The position numbers and the translations under genes are program-made. Shown here one piece after another: positions 23,301 through 34,100 of a DNA stretch of 64,000 bases. The notes below the pieces were generated by a model. That model was not told where the DNA came from, did not search any database, and was given only the letters and a program-made list of their open reading frames with translations. Numbering within the stretch: the stretch's first letter is position 1; the number at the start of each line of letters is the position of its first letter. Source of the DNA: Antechinus flavipes (taxonomy: Eukaryota). The DNA is taken from NCBI RefSeq assembly GCF_016432865.1, contig NC_067401.1, positions 111,104,001 through 111,168,000 of the forward strand, read 5' to 3'.

Positions 23301-26300
23301 AGGGCAGTCTGGTGTATAACAGAGGGGAGATTTGAACACACGTCCTGTGATGCAGAATCAGTTCTCTTTGTCCAGTATCTTATTTTCAGTCAAAGGCACT
23401 AAATTGACTGAATTGAATAGTCGGGGGTACAGGTGGGGGTTCAAAGGACAGAGAATAGAGTCATGAAAACTTACCACATTCACACCCCCTGAAAGGGCTG
23501 GGGAGCAGATGGAGTTCTGTACTGCCATGCCCACTGAAGAGTTCAGGAATAGGCTGGTCCTAAGGGGAGTAAGGGAGCCAAAGGTTGGGACCCTCCAAGG
23601 GCCTCAAGCAGCCACATCCTGATAAGCGTGTGGTCAGAACAATGGCCAAAGGAGAAGGGCCCTTACGTGACCAGCTGGGCACTGTCATGCGGCAGTCGAG
23701 GGAGCAGGTCTGTCTGACGCCAGCGGAGGAAATTTTCCAATGTGACGCCCGCATCTCCGTCCACTGAGATCAAGTCCTCCTGGCTCCAGACCTCCACGCC
23801 CACCAGTGCCACGCGCACATTCAGGAACCTAAAAAACTAATTGGGAAGAAGAGTCAGGCCCTGTCTGTATCCTGTGCTCAGGCACAGCAGCTCCCATGCT
23901 CTCCCTGCCACCCTCCTTGGAAACTCACCGCGTCCACCTGGTTAGCCACTTCTAGCATTCGGGTCTGCAGCTGGTGGAGGTCTGGGTATCTCTGGGCCTC
24001 CTTGTGGTCAGCTACAATCACCAACTCCACAAACTTTGTCTCTGACAAGACATCCCGTTTACTCTGGGAGGAGACCAAAAGAAGGGTCAGTGATGGCCAA
24101 GAAACAGCTTCAATTTGATAAGCACTTAAATATGCAACCTTTGAGTAAGACGGGCAGAATATCATTTCTATTTAAATCTTACCCGATAAAGACTATGCAG
24201 GCCCAGTTTGAGCTCTGACTGTGCTTGGATGAACGAATGGGGTCCTGGGTTCAGGGCACAAGTGCCTCCTGTTGGGTGAATATCTTCTACTTTGGAGATA
24301 TGGGTGACTCCCCCTGGCCTGGGATCTAAGGTATATATTTTCTCTGGGGAGAGGACAAGCAGCCCTCTAGGGAGAGAAGTAGGAATTCAGGATGGGACAT
24401 CAGCTCCTCAAGCCCACTTGCCCTAGTTCCCCACATCTGCCACTCTCTACCTGAGTCCAGAGCAAGTGCAAACAGAGACCCAGGAGTTTGGGTGATCCTG
24501 TACAATCCCCTGGTAGCAACAATTCTCCTGCAAGAGAGAACCAAATTTAATGAGTATCTGAGAGAAGGGTCATAAGAGTGCTAACAAAAATCTACTCTTT
24601 CAACTCAGATAAGGCACCCTCTTCCCACTTCTCTCTCAGGGAAATTTAACCAAAGAGATCCAGTCACTCCCTGAATAGTCAATGAACCCTGGCCCATTAG
24701 GGTCTAACTCACCAGAGTGTTCCCCTCATTTACCACCTGGGTGCCATCAGGCTGGTACCACACAAGAGTTGGGGTGTCTGGGACCAGCTCCCTAGAGACC
24801 AAAGTAAGGAAAGGGACAGAGTCAGAGGCATCTTCTGGTCAGGAGGGATTGGCTCAGCTGCTAATGGTTATGATGATGTAAAGACAACCGTGGGTCAGGG
24901 AGCTGTCACCCTTTGCAGTGCTAAACCCCAGGAGCACTGTCTTTATGTGACCCTCTGATGCACTCACCCATTCTGTTGCAGCTCCAAGATGTGGTTCTTA
25001 CCCTCCAGTTCTAGTTTGATCTGTAATTTCTGGGGGAGCCTGTCCTGTAGAGGAAGATACTATCACCCACCTAGCACTCCTTGCTATGCTTACCAACCCT
25101 CCAAAAGCCAGAAAGACTCGGGCTCTCAGGGGAATCCTGAAGGTTAGATCATGAGGATGGGGGTAGGGAAGTCTCAAGGGAAAGATCAGGAAGCTCCACC
25201 TGGCTGGGATCATTGTTTAGGGGGGGCACATGGGGGTCAAAGGAGGTATCTCAGCCGCCCCCTTCTCGGCTTCCTGCCCAAAGAGGAAATGGTAAGGAGG
25301 ACCCACTCCCGGCCCCAGCCCTTCCTCTGACTCAGCTTTGGGGTGGGGGATGCAGTGAGAAGCCCCTCCTCTCTAAGTTTCCTTCAGGGTCTTGAACAAT
25401 CTCATCTAGGATGGGAACATGAGGGTGGAGATTCCGAGTGGATGAGAAGAACATTAGTTTGAGTTAGAATTCTTCTAATAGACACAAAGTTTTAGGGTTG
25501 GGGTGGGGGGAGCAAGCAAACAGATGTTTACTTAATGGGGAGGGGGGGTACATAAAAGTATCCTTAAATGAAATTGGTCACTAGGGAAGATATAAAGGAT
25601 TCAGTAAGGAAATTTTGTAGGGGGGCAGGCAAAAATAAATTTCAGCTTCACAAAGCGTTTTCCTTCTAACAGCTATGAGAAAAGTAGCGTAATTTTATCT
25701 TTCTTTCCCAGATGAGGAACTGAGACTCAAAGAGGTTAAGTGAATTGTTTAAGATCACACACTATTAAGAGTCAAATTAGGGATTCACATGCAAAAGTCT
25801 CCTGATGTAAACCTAATAGGAAAAATCCATTATACTATCTGCAGCGAAGGAATACACAGCCTAAGTCCCAAGGTCAGGGGGAAGATGAGAACAGAGGCCC
25901 ATTTTACCTGGAGTGCTTCTGAGAGATTGAGGGTGAGGTGGCCCAAAAGAACCTGGGGCTCTGGGTATCCTCTAGGAAGTCCCTCTGACAGTGGCAGTTG
26001 CTCCCCCATTTGACCTGAAACAACAAATGGTCCTCCCAAGTGTGAAGCAAAGGAAGTCCTAGATCCTAAGGTTTGGGGGACTGCTGGTGTTCTATCCCCC
26101 GTTGCTGGATACTTAACTTGCTTCTTTCTGAGGACCTTCCTTGCTTAGGGAAGGGGGACTTCCAGTGCACGTTGGGACGTACTAAAAGTAGACTGGACGT
26201 CTCTCCGCGATCTCTTCCTCTCCATTACCTCCTCAAAGAGTTCCTCTCCTAGGGGCCTTTTCTCCCCCTTCTCGGCACCTTCCCCTCCTAATTTCCATAG

Positions 26301-27319
26301 TCCCATCCCCCTTCCTTAGAAGGAACTCTCTCATTGAGTAAGCAGGCCCCTCCCCCTTCTCCCAGGCAATGGTCCGCAGCCACCAGGGTGGCCTGGTGCC
26401 CACCTCCCCTCCCTCCCTCTCCCCCCGTGGCATCTTGGAAGGAAACACCCATCTCCAGGCGGCAGAACAAACACTCCCACCTCCTCCCCAAACACCCCCC
26501 TCATCCCCACAGCAGGCACGCCCGACGAAGCTAGTCTTGGTTTCCTCCTCACACACCCCCATACACAATGGACCTCTCTCCTCCGGACACTCCACCCCCT
26601 CGGTCGTCTCCCCCCACCCAAGCCCAGTCCAAGACACTGAATAGGAAGTGAAAGTTCGGAGAGCCAATAAGTCTCCCTCCATGCTCCTCCCGTGGCTCCC
26701 CCTCCTGGTTCCCAAACTTTGGTGGCATAAGCGTTCTGACACCTGGATTCCCGCTCCCCTCGGCCCCGCAGCTGAGAGTCCCAAGGCCCGGCCCGCTGAC
26801 ATTCCCGGCCCCTTAGATGGCGAGTGACCCTGGTCCAGGGCAGTAAGGCCACCTGGTCCCTAGTGGGAGGGGCGGCACGTTTGTCTCGCAGAGGGGGGGG
26901 GTGACTGATGACTTGCGATCCCGGACAGGAAAGAACTGGGGATGTACTGCCTGGCACCAGGGGCCATCTCTTGGTGGCCAGTCAGGGGAATCTGGAGATA
27001 CAGCCCCCAGAATCGGCCTTCGGAGGCTGCTGTCACCCCTCTCTCCCGCTCCCCACCGCTGAGCTCCCAGCTGCGTGTCAATATCCCGCCCCTGCCTCGT
27101 CCCGGCCCTCCAGGGCAAGGGATGCAGGATGGACTAGACTCCTGCTGGGAGTTGACCCCCTCTTCTCCTTACGCACCCCATACCTCCGGGCTCCATCGCC
27201 CCAAGTTTCCTTTCCAAGGGCTCCCCAGGCCGGAGCTCACCTGTGTCCAAGAGGGGCCCCGAGGGCATGGGACTCCCGGCGCCCAGGAGCCCTAGTGCCC
27301 AGAGCAGCGCCAGCCGCAT
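17350..27319 (-). CDS. ADAM15: ADAM15 (metargidin) disintegrin and metalloproteinase, 880 aa (900 aa with the candidate cassette exon)
   Basis: Exons: 27319-27241, 26014-25908, 25044-24968, 24791-24713, 24527-24451, 24366-24183, 24063-23929, 23836-23667, 23559-23475, 22222-22074, 21962-21788, 21568-21476, 21353-21049, 20926-20731, 20621-20544, 20087-19973, 19736-19598, 19226-19142, 18451-18380, 17932-17861, 17626-17505, 17398-17350 (2643 nt, all GT-AG, in phase). Contains signal peptide [17 protein letters not shown], furin site RSKR|DV, zinc motif [11 protein letters not shown] (22180-22148), CIM Met-turn, RGD loop, a transmembrane helix and a proline-rich SH3-ligand tail. Confidence 0.97.
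20128..20315 (-). mobile_element. MIR/CORE-SINE
   Basis: gaggaaactgag...cccagggttacacagctaa...ggatttgaactcag. Confidence 0.7.
22842..23080 (+). mobile_element. MIR/CORE-SINE in the ADAM15 intron
   Basis: tRNA-like head, gtgtgatcctgggcaagtcatttaacc, MIR tail cagggttgttgtgagg. Confidence 0.8.
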
Positions 27320-27760
27320 GGCAGCGGTGCCCGGGGCCGGGCGAGGGCAGCAGGTGCTGGGCAGCGAAGCTGCGGCAGCCGCTGTGGCAGCTAAGGCGCC
27401 GGCTCTGCTGAGATCTCCCGGCCGAGGCGGCCCAGCGCCTCTCCCAGGCCCGGCCCCGCCCCCGGATTTGGCCCCACCCCGTCGGCCGCACTCCCAGCTC
27501 TGACCCCAGCCCAAGCGACGCCCACGAGTCTAGCCCCGCCCCTTCAGGACGTGGTCCAGCTCCTAGACTCAACTGAGACCCCGCCCCCAAATTAGGTTCC
27601 GCCCCCTGGAGCCAGGCTCCCAGCTCTGACTCCCGCTAAGGCCCCCGCCCCTAGCTGAGACCCCGCCCCTAGGCCCAGATCCCGCCTTAGCCCCACCTCC
27701 TATGCCAGATTGCAGGCCCCGGCTTCTCGGCCAACCCCCGCAGTGGGCGATCCCGGGGGC
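27320..27760 (-). promoter_or_regulatory. ADAM15 TATA-less CpG-island promoter with a dense GC-box array
   Basis: About ten CCCCGCCC/CCGCCC boxes; repeated blocks ctgagaccccgcccc and tcccagctctgac. Confidence 0.75.
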
Positions 27761-28022
27761 GTGACCCAGAGTTGCTTCCCGGTCAGACCGGCTCAGGAGG
27801 TAACCGCTCCTTTCGCCCGGCCCAGGTGTCCCTAATCCCGTGTGACTGAGCTTCCCACAGCGTCCCCCTATCACCACGGTGGCTCCCCAACCCGGCCCAG
27901 CCCGCTCCAGCGCGGGCGGGGTTAGCCAGAGAGCCCCAAGGGATCGGGACCGGTTAGGCGGCGCCTTTGGGAGCCCTTCCCCTGTTCTCGGTTTGACCAG
28001 ACCCGCTTTGCAATTAGGCAGT

Positions 28023-28028
28023 TTTATT
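28023..28028 (-). terminator. DCST1 polyadenylation signal AATAAA
   Basis: tttatt on plus, about 100 nt past the stop codon. Confidence 0.75.
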
Positions 28029-28129
28029 GAGAGGGGTTTGGGAGAGAAGGCAGGGCAGGGCCGACCCGGGCACGTGGGGAATGAGGACGACACACGAGGG
28101 CGACTGGTCTTTTCCTGCCCAATGCCCCC

Positions 28130-31100
28130 TCAGTCCGCATAGTTGGCGTTGTCTGAACTGTTGCTGTAAGCCGAGGAGGACAGCTCGTCGCGGGGAGTGC
28201 ACGCCGGGCACTTCTTCCCCATGTCTATCCAGCACGGGGCGCAGTACACAGCCCCGCAGTCCGGGGTCGGACAGACATAGGACTCGGACGTCTCGGAGGC
28301 CTGGCATACCACGCAGCGCCTGCGCAGGAGGTACCTCAAGAGAGGGCAGCGGCGGTAACACAAGTCCACCAGATGGTGGCGCTGTCAAGGAGATAAAGAG
28401 CGGCTTCTCATTGCCCTGCGATGGCTGACTCTCATAGGAAAGGGACAGAGCCCCCTTGTGAAGTGGCAGATAGGAATCACTGAGATCTGGATTTGAATTC
28501 TACTTCCCACATTTTCCAGCTATGAACACGCGCTAATGTTTTCCAGTCTCTCAGCCTTTTTCTTCCCCTGGAGACAATGACACTTGCAAATCTAGTATTA
28601 ATCTCTAGTCCTCACCTTACACATTTCATTAGTGGTCAAATTAAAATCCAGCCTCAAATACTTTCTATATGACCCTGAGCAAGTTATCTTACCTTAGGCA
28701 GACTCAGTTTCCTCATCTGTAGCATGGGAATATTAACAGCACCTAACTCTCAGGGTTGTTGTGAGGGTAAAATGGGAAGATATTTGTGAATCACTTTGTA
28801 AAATTTAAGTTTTATCTATCCAGCTCTCTCCAAAAGAATCAAGAATCTCTTTGTTAAATAGAACACATGCTATGTTCACTTCTTTTTTCTAATTTTCTTT
28901 CTGTTTTTCTCTTTTGTTCTGATTTTTCAGTGTATTAAAATGTGTTTTAATATGTATTTAAAAAAAACAAAATAAAACAAAATAAAATCCTCATCCTTGA
29001 CTTCTTTGTGGTATCTGACACTTTGTCCTGAATATGTCATTTATATGTAGTTATTTTCATATTGTTTCCCCTATTCGATTGTGAGTTCCTTTAGGGATTT
29101 TTTTTTTTTGGCCTTTCTTTGTATGCCCACACTAATAAGAACAGTGTTTGGCACCTGGTGTGTGTTTAATACATGCTTATCTTCCTTCTCTAAGTTTTTG
29201 TGACCCTTCTTTCCAGGTTCTCCTGTCTCTAGCTCTCTGACTGCCCCTTCTCTGTCTCCATGTCATATTCAGCTAACTATGAATGTCCTCACGGCTTGGA
29301 GGCAATGCCTTTGTCATTCTAACTTTAGCTTGACTCATGTCTTCTACACATAGCCAAATCTTGTCATTTCTGGTTTTATAACATCTCTGTGCACACATGT
29401 ACACATGCAAGCACACAAATATACACCTGTGTGCACAAATACATGCACATACACAGTGTATGCATGCATGCTTATTCCCTTCTTAGCACTCAAGAAGTCA
29501 CTATTCCAGTTCAGGCCATCTACTCCTTTTGGATAGACAGTGGCAAGAGCATTCTAATTAGTCCTTTGCTTTGGATCTCTCCCCACTCTAATCCATCCTC
29601 TGCTTAGCTGCCAAAATGAATTTCCTAAAATGTAGGCCTGACCGAATTTCAGTTCCTCTTTTTTCCCTACTTCTCCAGGAATCACATATAAAGTCTTGTT
29701 TGGCGTACTCCACATCCTGTCTTCAAGCCTTTGAACTGTGTCCTCCATGCCTCAGATGCTCTACTTTTATCTCTTGGTTTTTCTGGCTTCTTTAGGGATG
29801 AAGTTTTTTCAATCATGTCCAGCTTTTTGTGACCCTCCCCCCCACAGTTTTTTTGGCAAAGATACTGGAGGGGGGGAGGGGGGTTGTCATTTCCTCCTCT
29901 CGCCCATTTTACAGATGAGGAACAGGCAAACAGGTTTAGGTGACTTGCCCAGGATCACACAGCTCCTAAGTGTCTGAGGCCGGATTTGAATTCTGGAAGC
30001 TGAGTCTTCCTGACTTCAGCCGGCATCCTTTACACTATGGCGCCACCTAGCTGCCCCTGAGACAACCTCCCACCTACTCTGCTTCTATCAGCTATGTGCC
30101 TAATTAGTCCCATATGTTTTCCATGTTAGAATGTGAACTCCTCGAGGGCAGGAACTGTTTCCTCAGCACTAACACAGCACTTAATACTTATGGATTGAGT
30201 TTAATTGGGGCCTAATAACTGCCAACAAGTCCTGAGGAAAGGTCGTTTGAATCACATCAACTTTCACATGGAGAATAAAAGTGGCTAAAAAGTTACCATA
30301 GATTATCTCCTTTGATTCTCCTAACACGCTTTTGAGATGGGGGTTGTCATTTTACAGATGGGGAAACTGAGAAGTGAGAGAGATTCAAGTGATCTGTCCA
30401 GGGTAAGAACAGAGCTATTGTGTCTGAAGCGGGGTTTGAACCCGGGTTTTGCTGACTCCAGTATTCTTTCCTGCCAAGCTACCATATGTCCTGTGCCTTC
30501 TCATTCCCTTTCATTAAACTGCAAACTCCTAGAAGAAGGGACAGTAGGGAGTGTGGGAAGAAAGAGGAAGTTTGGACTGTCAGGCTTCTTTTGTATCTCT
30601 AATTTTCAGTGCTAATGTACCAGAACAAGTATTCCACGGGGAATCAGAAGACCTGGATTCAAATTTGGGTTCTGATACTTGCTTCCTTTTATGAACATGG
30701 ATAAATGACTTCCTCTTTCCTCTCCTGTAAAATGTGAGACTGGAGTAGGTGATTTCTAAGGGTCCCTCCCAGCCCTAAATCCTGTGGTATATTTGCTGAT
30801 GCTTGCTGAAACATGGACAGTAAGAATCCTCTCTTATACAATCCTGGTCCTTGCAGCCCCACCCAGGGAGGAGGGAAGAAAATGGAAGTTGTGCACTCAC
30901 AGGCCTCCCCTGCCTCTGAGCCCTCTGCATGATGACAGTCCTCCGAAGTTTGGTGAAGACCAGCCTTTTCTTCAGGAGCTCATTATAGAAAAATAGGATT
31001 CGCCTCTTCTCTCTCTGTGCATGAGAGATGAAAGTAGCTTGGGTCTCCCCCACAACTCCCAGTTTCAGGAAGCCAAGATCATCCTTAGCCTCTGTCTTAG

Positions 31101-34100
31101 GGTGCTGGAGAGATACTGCTTCCCACCATCTTGGGGTATGCTCAGGACTGGAGAGATACAATTTGAGGCCTTCAAGGAAAGGGGTTCAAGTCTGTTACAG
31201 GCTAGGGAAGTGAGGGTCTCAGGCTTAAGAATTGGGGGCCCTAGTCACCTTGGGGAAGTAGAAGGCTGCAATGACCCTTTGGAGTCGATAACTGTAGGCC
31301 TGTGTCAGGCAGAGTAGCACCAGCAGGCCAGCAGGCAAAAAGACCTTCATGTAGTCTTGGGAGTTCATGCCTATGGGCTTGGGTAAGCAAGCTGTAGGAG
31401 CAGGAGTCCAGGATATAAAAGTTTACCTAGGAGAAGTAGTCTTTCCAAAAGCCCTGCCAAAAGGACAGCTTTTGAAGCAGTATTTACATCCTTTCCCAGA
31501 AGAAAAACAGAACTGTAGGCCTAGACCTAGAAGGCACCTCAGAGGCCATAGGGTTCAGGCCCCTTACTGTTTTTAGAGGAGAAAACTCAGCCCCACAGAG
31601 AAGGCTTTCCCTAAAATACAGATAGGATTCAACCAGCTCTGTAGTCTTCTTCCTACTTCACCACAATTTGAGGAAGGAAAGAGGGATCTTGATCCCCTAC
31701 TTACTAGAACCAAGATCCTGGAGCTGGTCATGTTGATACCCTATTTTCTTGCCTGTAAACTACTCGGTTGTTGCTCTTTAAACTCAGTATAGTAAAGGAA
31801 GTGTGGAAATTTAGTGAATCACATTGACTCCAATCTTGTGACTCAAATTTGGAACTAACTAAGCTCCCTTTCTATTCAATTATGAGTCTAGTCCAATTTC
31901 TATCTTGTGAGAAAAACCTTATTGAATTATGGGAACTGTGAAAAAACTGTGCATTGTTTGAACCTAGCCCTGCGTGACTAGAAAAGTGGACCACCTCTAC
32001 CAGTTGCTAAGAGATGCTTAGATAAGGATCTAGATTATGCTGATCAGAAACTCAGTTAGATCTGAAGATTGAGGCAAAGAGTTTTCTTATAATTATATAT
32101 CTCAAGCAACCCAGGTGTCTTATCTGAAAAATGGCCTGTACTGATCAATTAGTTCTGTTTCCCTTTGATTGAATACAGATACTTGGGGGTTGTGGTACAC
32201 TTCTGTTTTCTAGTTTCAGGAAATTGCATCTGTTTGCTCTTTTCCCTAACTTAGCCCATAATTTTTCCTTCAATTAGAAATCAGATTACCTAATTCTGTG
32301 GCCTGGTTAACCATTTTTAAAAATTAATTGGTCTTTTTGATTTATTGTTTTTAATGCAATGAAATTCTCTCTCCCTGTATTCGTGGTCTAGTACCAAAGT
32401 TGAGGAACTTGGTCCTGATTTGTTATGCAATTGGTATGCAATAGGAGTAAATCGATACGTTCAGAAGTTCCAGTCTTTGTTTCCTCAGTTATTTCAGATT
32501 CCACCCCTCACAATACTTTCCAGCCTGGCTAACTTTGGCCTGAGTGCTCCTCTACCCACTCACCTATGTTGCTTGACTCTATCAGAATGTCAGAGGATGT
32601 GTTTAAGGCCCCAATCGTTTTTCTTAGGAGCTTGGCCAACATGGTATCTCCTCCTACCTTCACTTCCAGATGGTGACTACCTGGGAGTAGGATTAGAGTA
32701 AAGGGAGAAAAGAATCAATGTTTGAGAGTATCTGTGAGGAGGGCAAAGTTATCTGTGCTGCTGGGAGCTATGCTGCTTAACACTGAGGGGTGGAGAGAAG
32801 TGGGGATAGGGCAAGAGAAGGTTGCTGGGTTTCTTAGAGTAGCAATATCTTGGTCAAAAGAGTGAGGAGCGGGGCAGCTAGGTGGTCCAGCCCTGAAGTC
32901 AGGAGGATTTGAGTTCAAATGTGATCTCAGACACTTAATACTTCCTGGTTGTGTGACCCTGGGAAAGTCACTTAACCCCAATTGCCTCATGGAAAAAAAA
33001 AAAAGAAAAAAAAGTGAGGAGCCAGTAAAGACACCCTAGGATTATCAGGCTAGAGTTTCCAAGGAGTGGGAGAGGGGGAAGAGGGCTTACTGCTGAAGGT
33101 GTATTGTAGGAAGGAGTGACTGCGGATGGTGTCAAAGATGGTATAGAAGGCCCAGTCCAACACACACAGAATCAGCAACAGCATCAGCACTGGCAAGGAT
33201 TCCAGCAACTCCCGAAACTACAAGATTACATGGCTGTGAAGACCACCAGAGGGCTTGCCAGAATTGGGGGAGCACCAAGATCAGAGCCCAGGACTTTGAC
33301 TGTCTCAGTCTTGGAGACCAGTGGTTGAAGGCCCGAACCTTCAAGTTGCTCCTCCATCCCTCCTATCCCTTTGGGGGTCTTTGGTACCTACCAGCTAGAG
33401 ACAAGATCCCCCCTTCTCTGCCTAGGCCTGGAGGTACCTAGATCTGGCAGTGCCCTCCTCACCACATTTTTCATCTCAGTTGCCTGAATAGTCAGCTTGC
33501 AGGGGAAAATGACGGTGGCCCTCTCAGCTTTTCGGAGAGGCAAGAGACTCCTTCTGCCCTACAGAGCAACACCAAGGGACATCAGGGGTCGTTTTAGCCC
33601 TCTGAACCCATCCCCACCCACATAGAAATCATCCCAGAGCACACAGAAAGATTTCTGGAGGTTTCTAGGGTCCCGAATCGTATTTAAGCCTGACCAGGAG
33701 GGCAATATCTGCTCACCAGCTTCTTTCTTCTATGATCAATCTGGTGGAAGTAGGTACTGATGTAGATGTTGTCAAAACGGATGTCTTGGCAATAGTTGTT
33801 CGTGTAGGAGAAGGCCCTGAAGATCAGAGAATAACTCATCTCCTTCCTTGCTTCCTTTTCCCAGCTGTTTCCTAACTTTATTTCTAAAGTGAAGCCCTTC
33901 TCTCTCTTCTCTCTCATTCTCCTTGGGGGATCTCATTTGCTCTCATTTTTTCAGTTATCTCTTTAAGGCAGTTGGATTCCAAAGCTATGCTCTCACTCTG
34001 ATCTTTCTCTAGATTGCTTGCCTTCCTAGATTCTAGCTAAACATATCCATAGAACCATTCTACCTGTACCACCAACTTTTTTTTTCCTAAATTTTTATAG

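Noticed and set aside
25094-25203. In-frame 110-nt pseudo-exon in ADAM15 intron 2 (ccag...|GTAAGC)
   Set aside because: Only 49 nt separate it from the next acceptor, too short for a normal intron, and it has no homology. The real exon 2 is 26014-25908.
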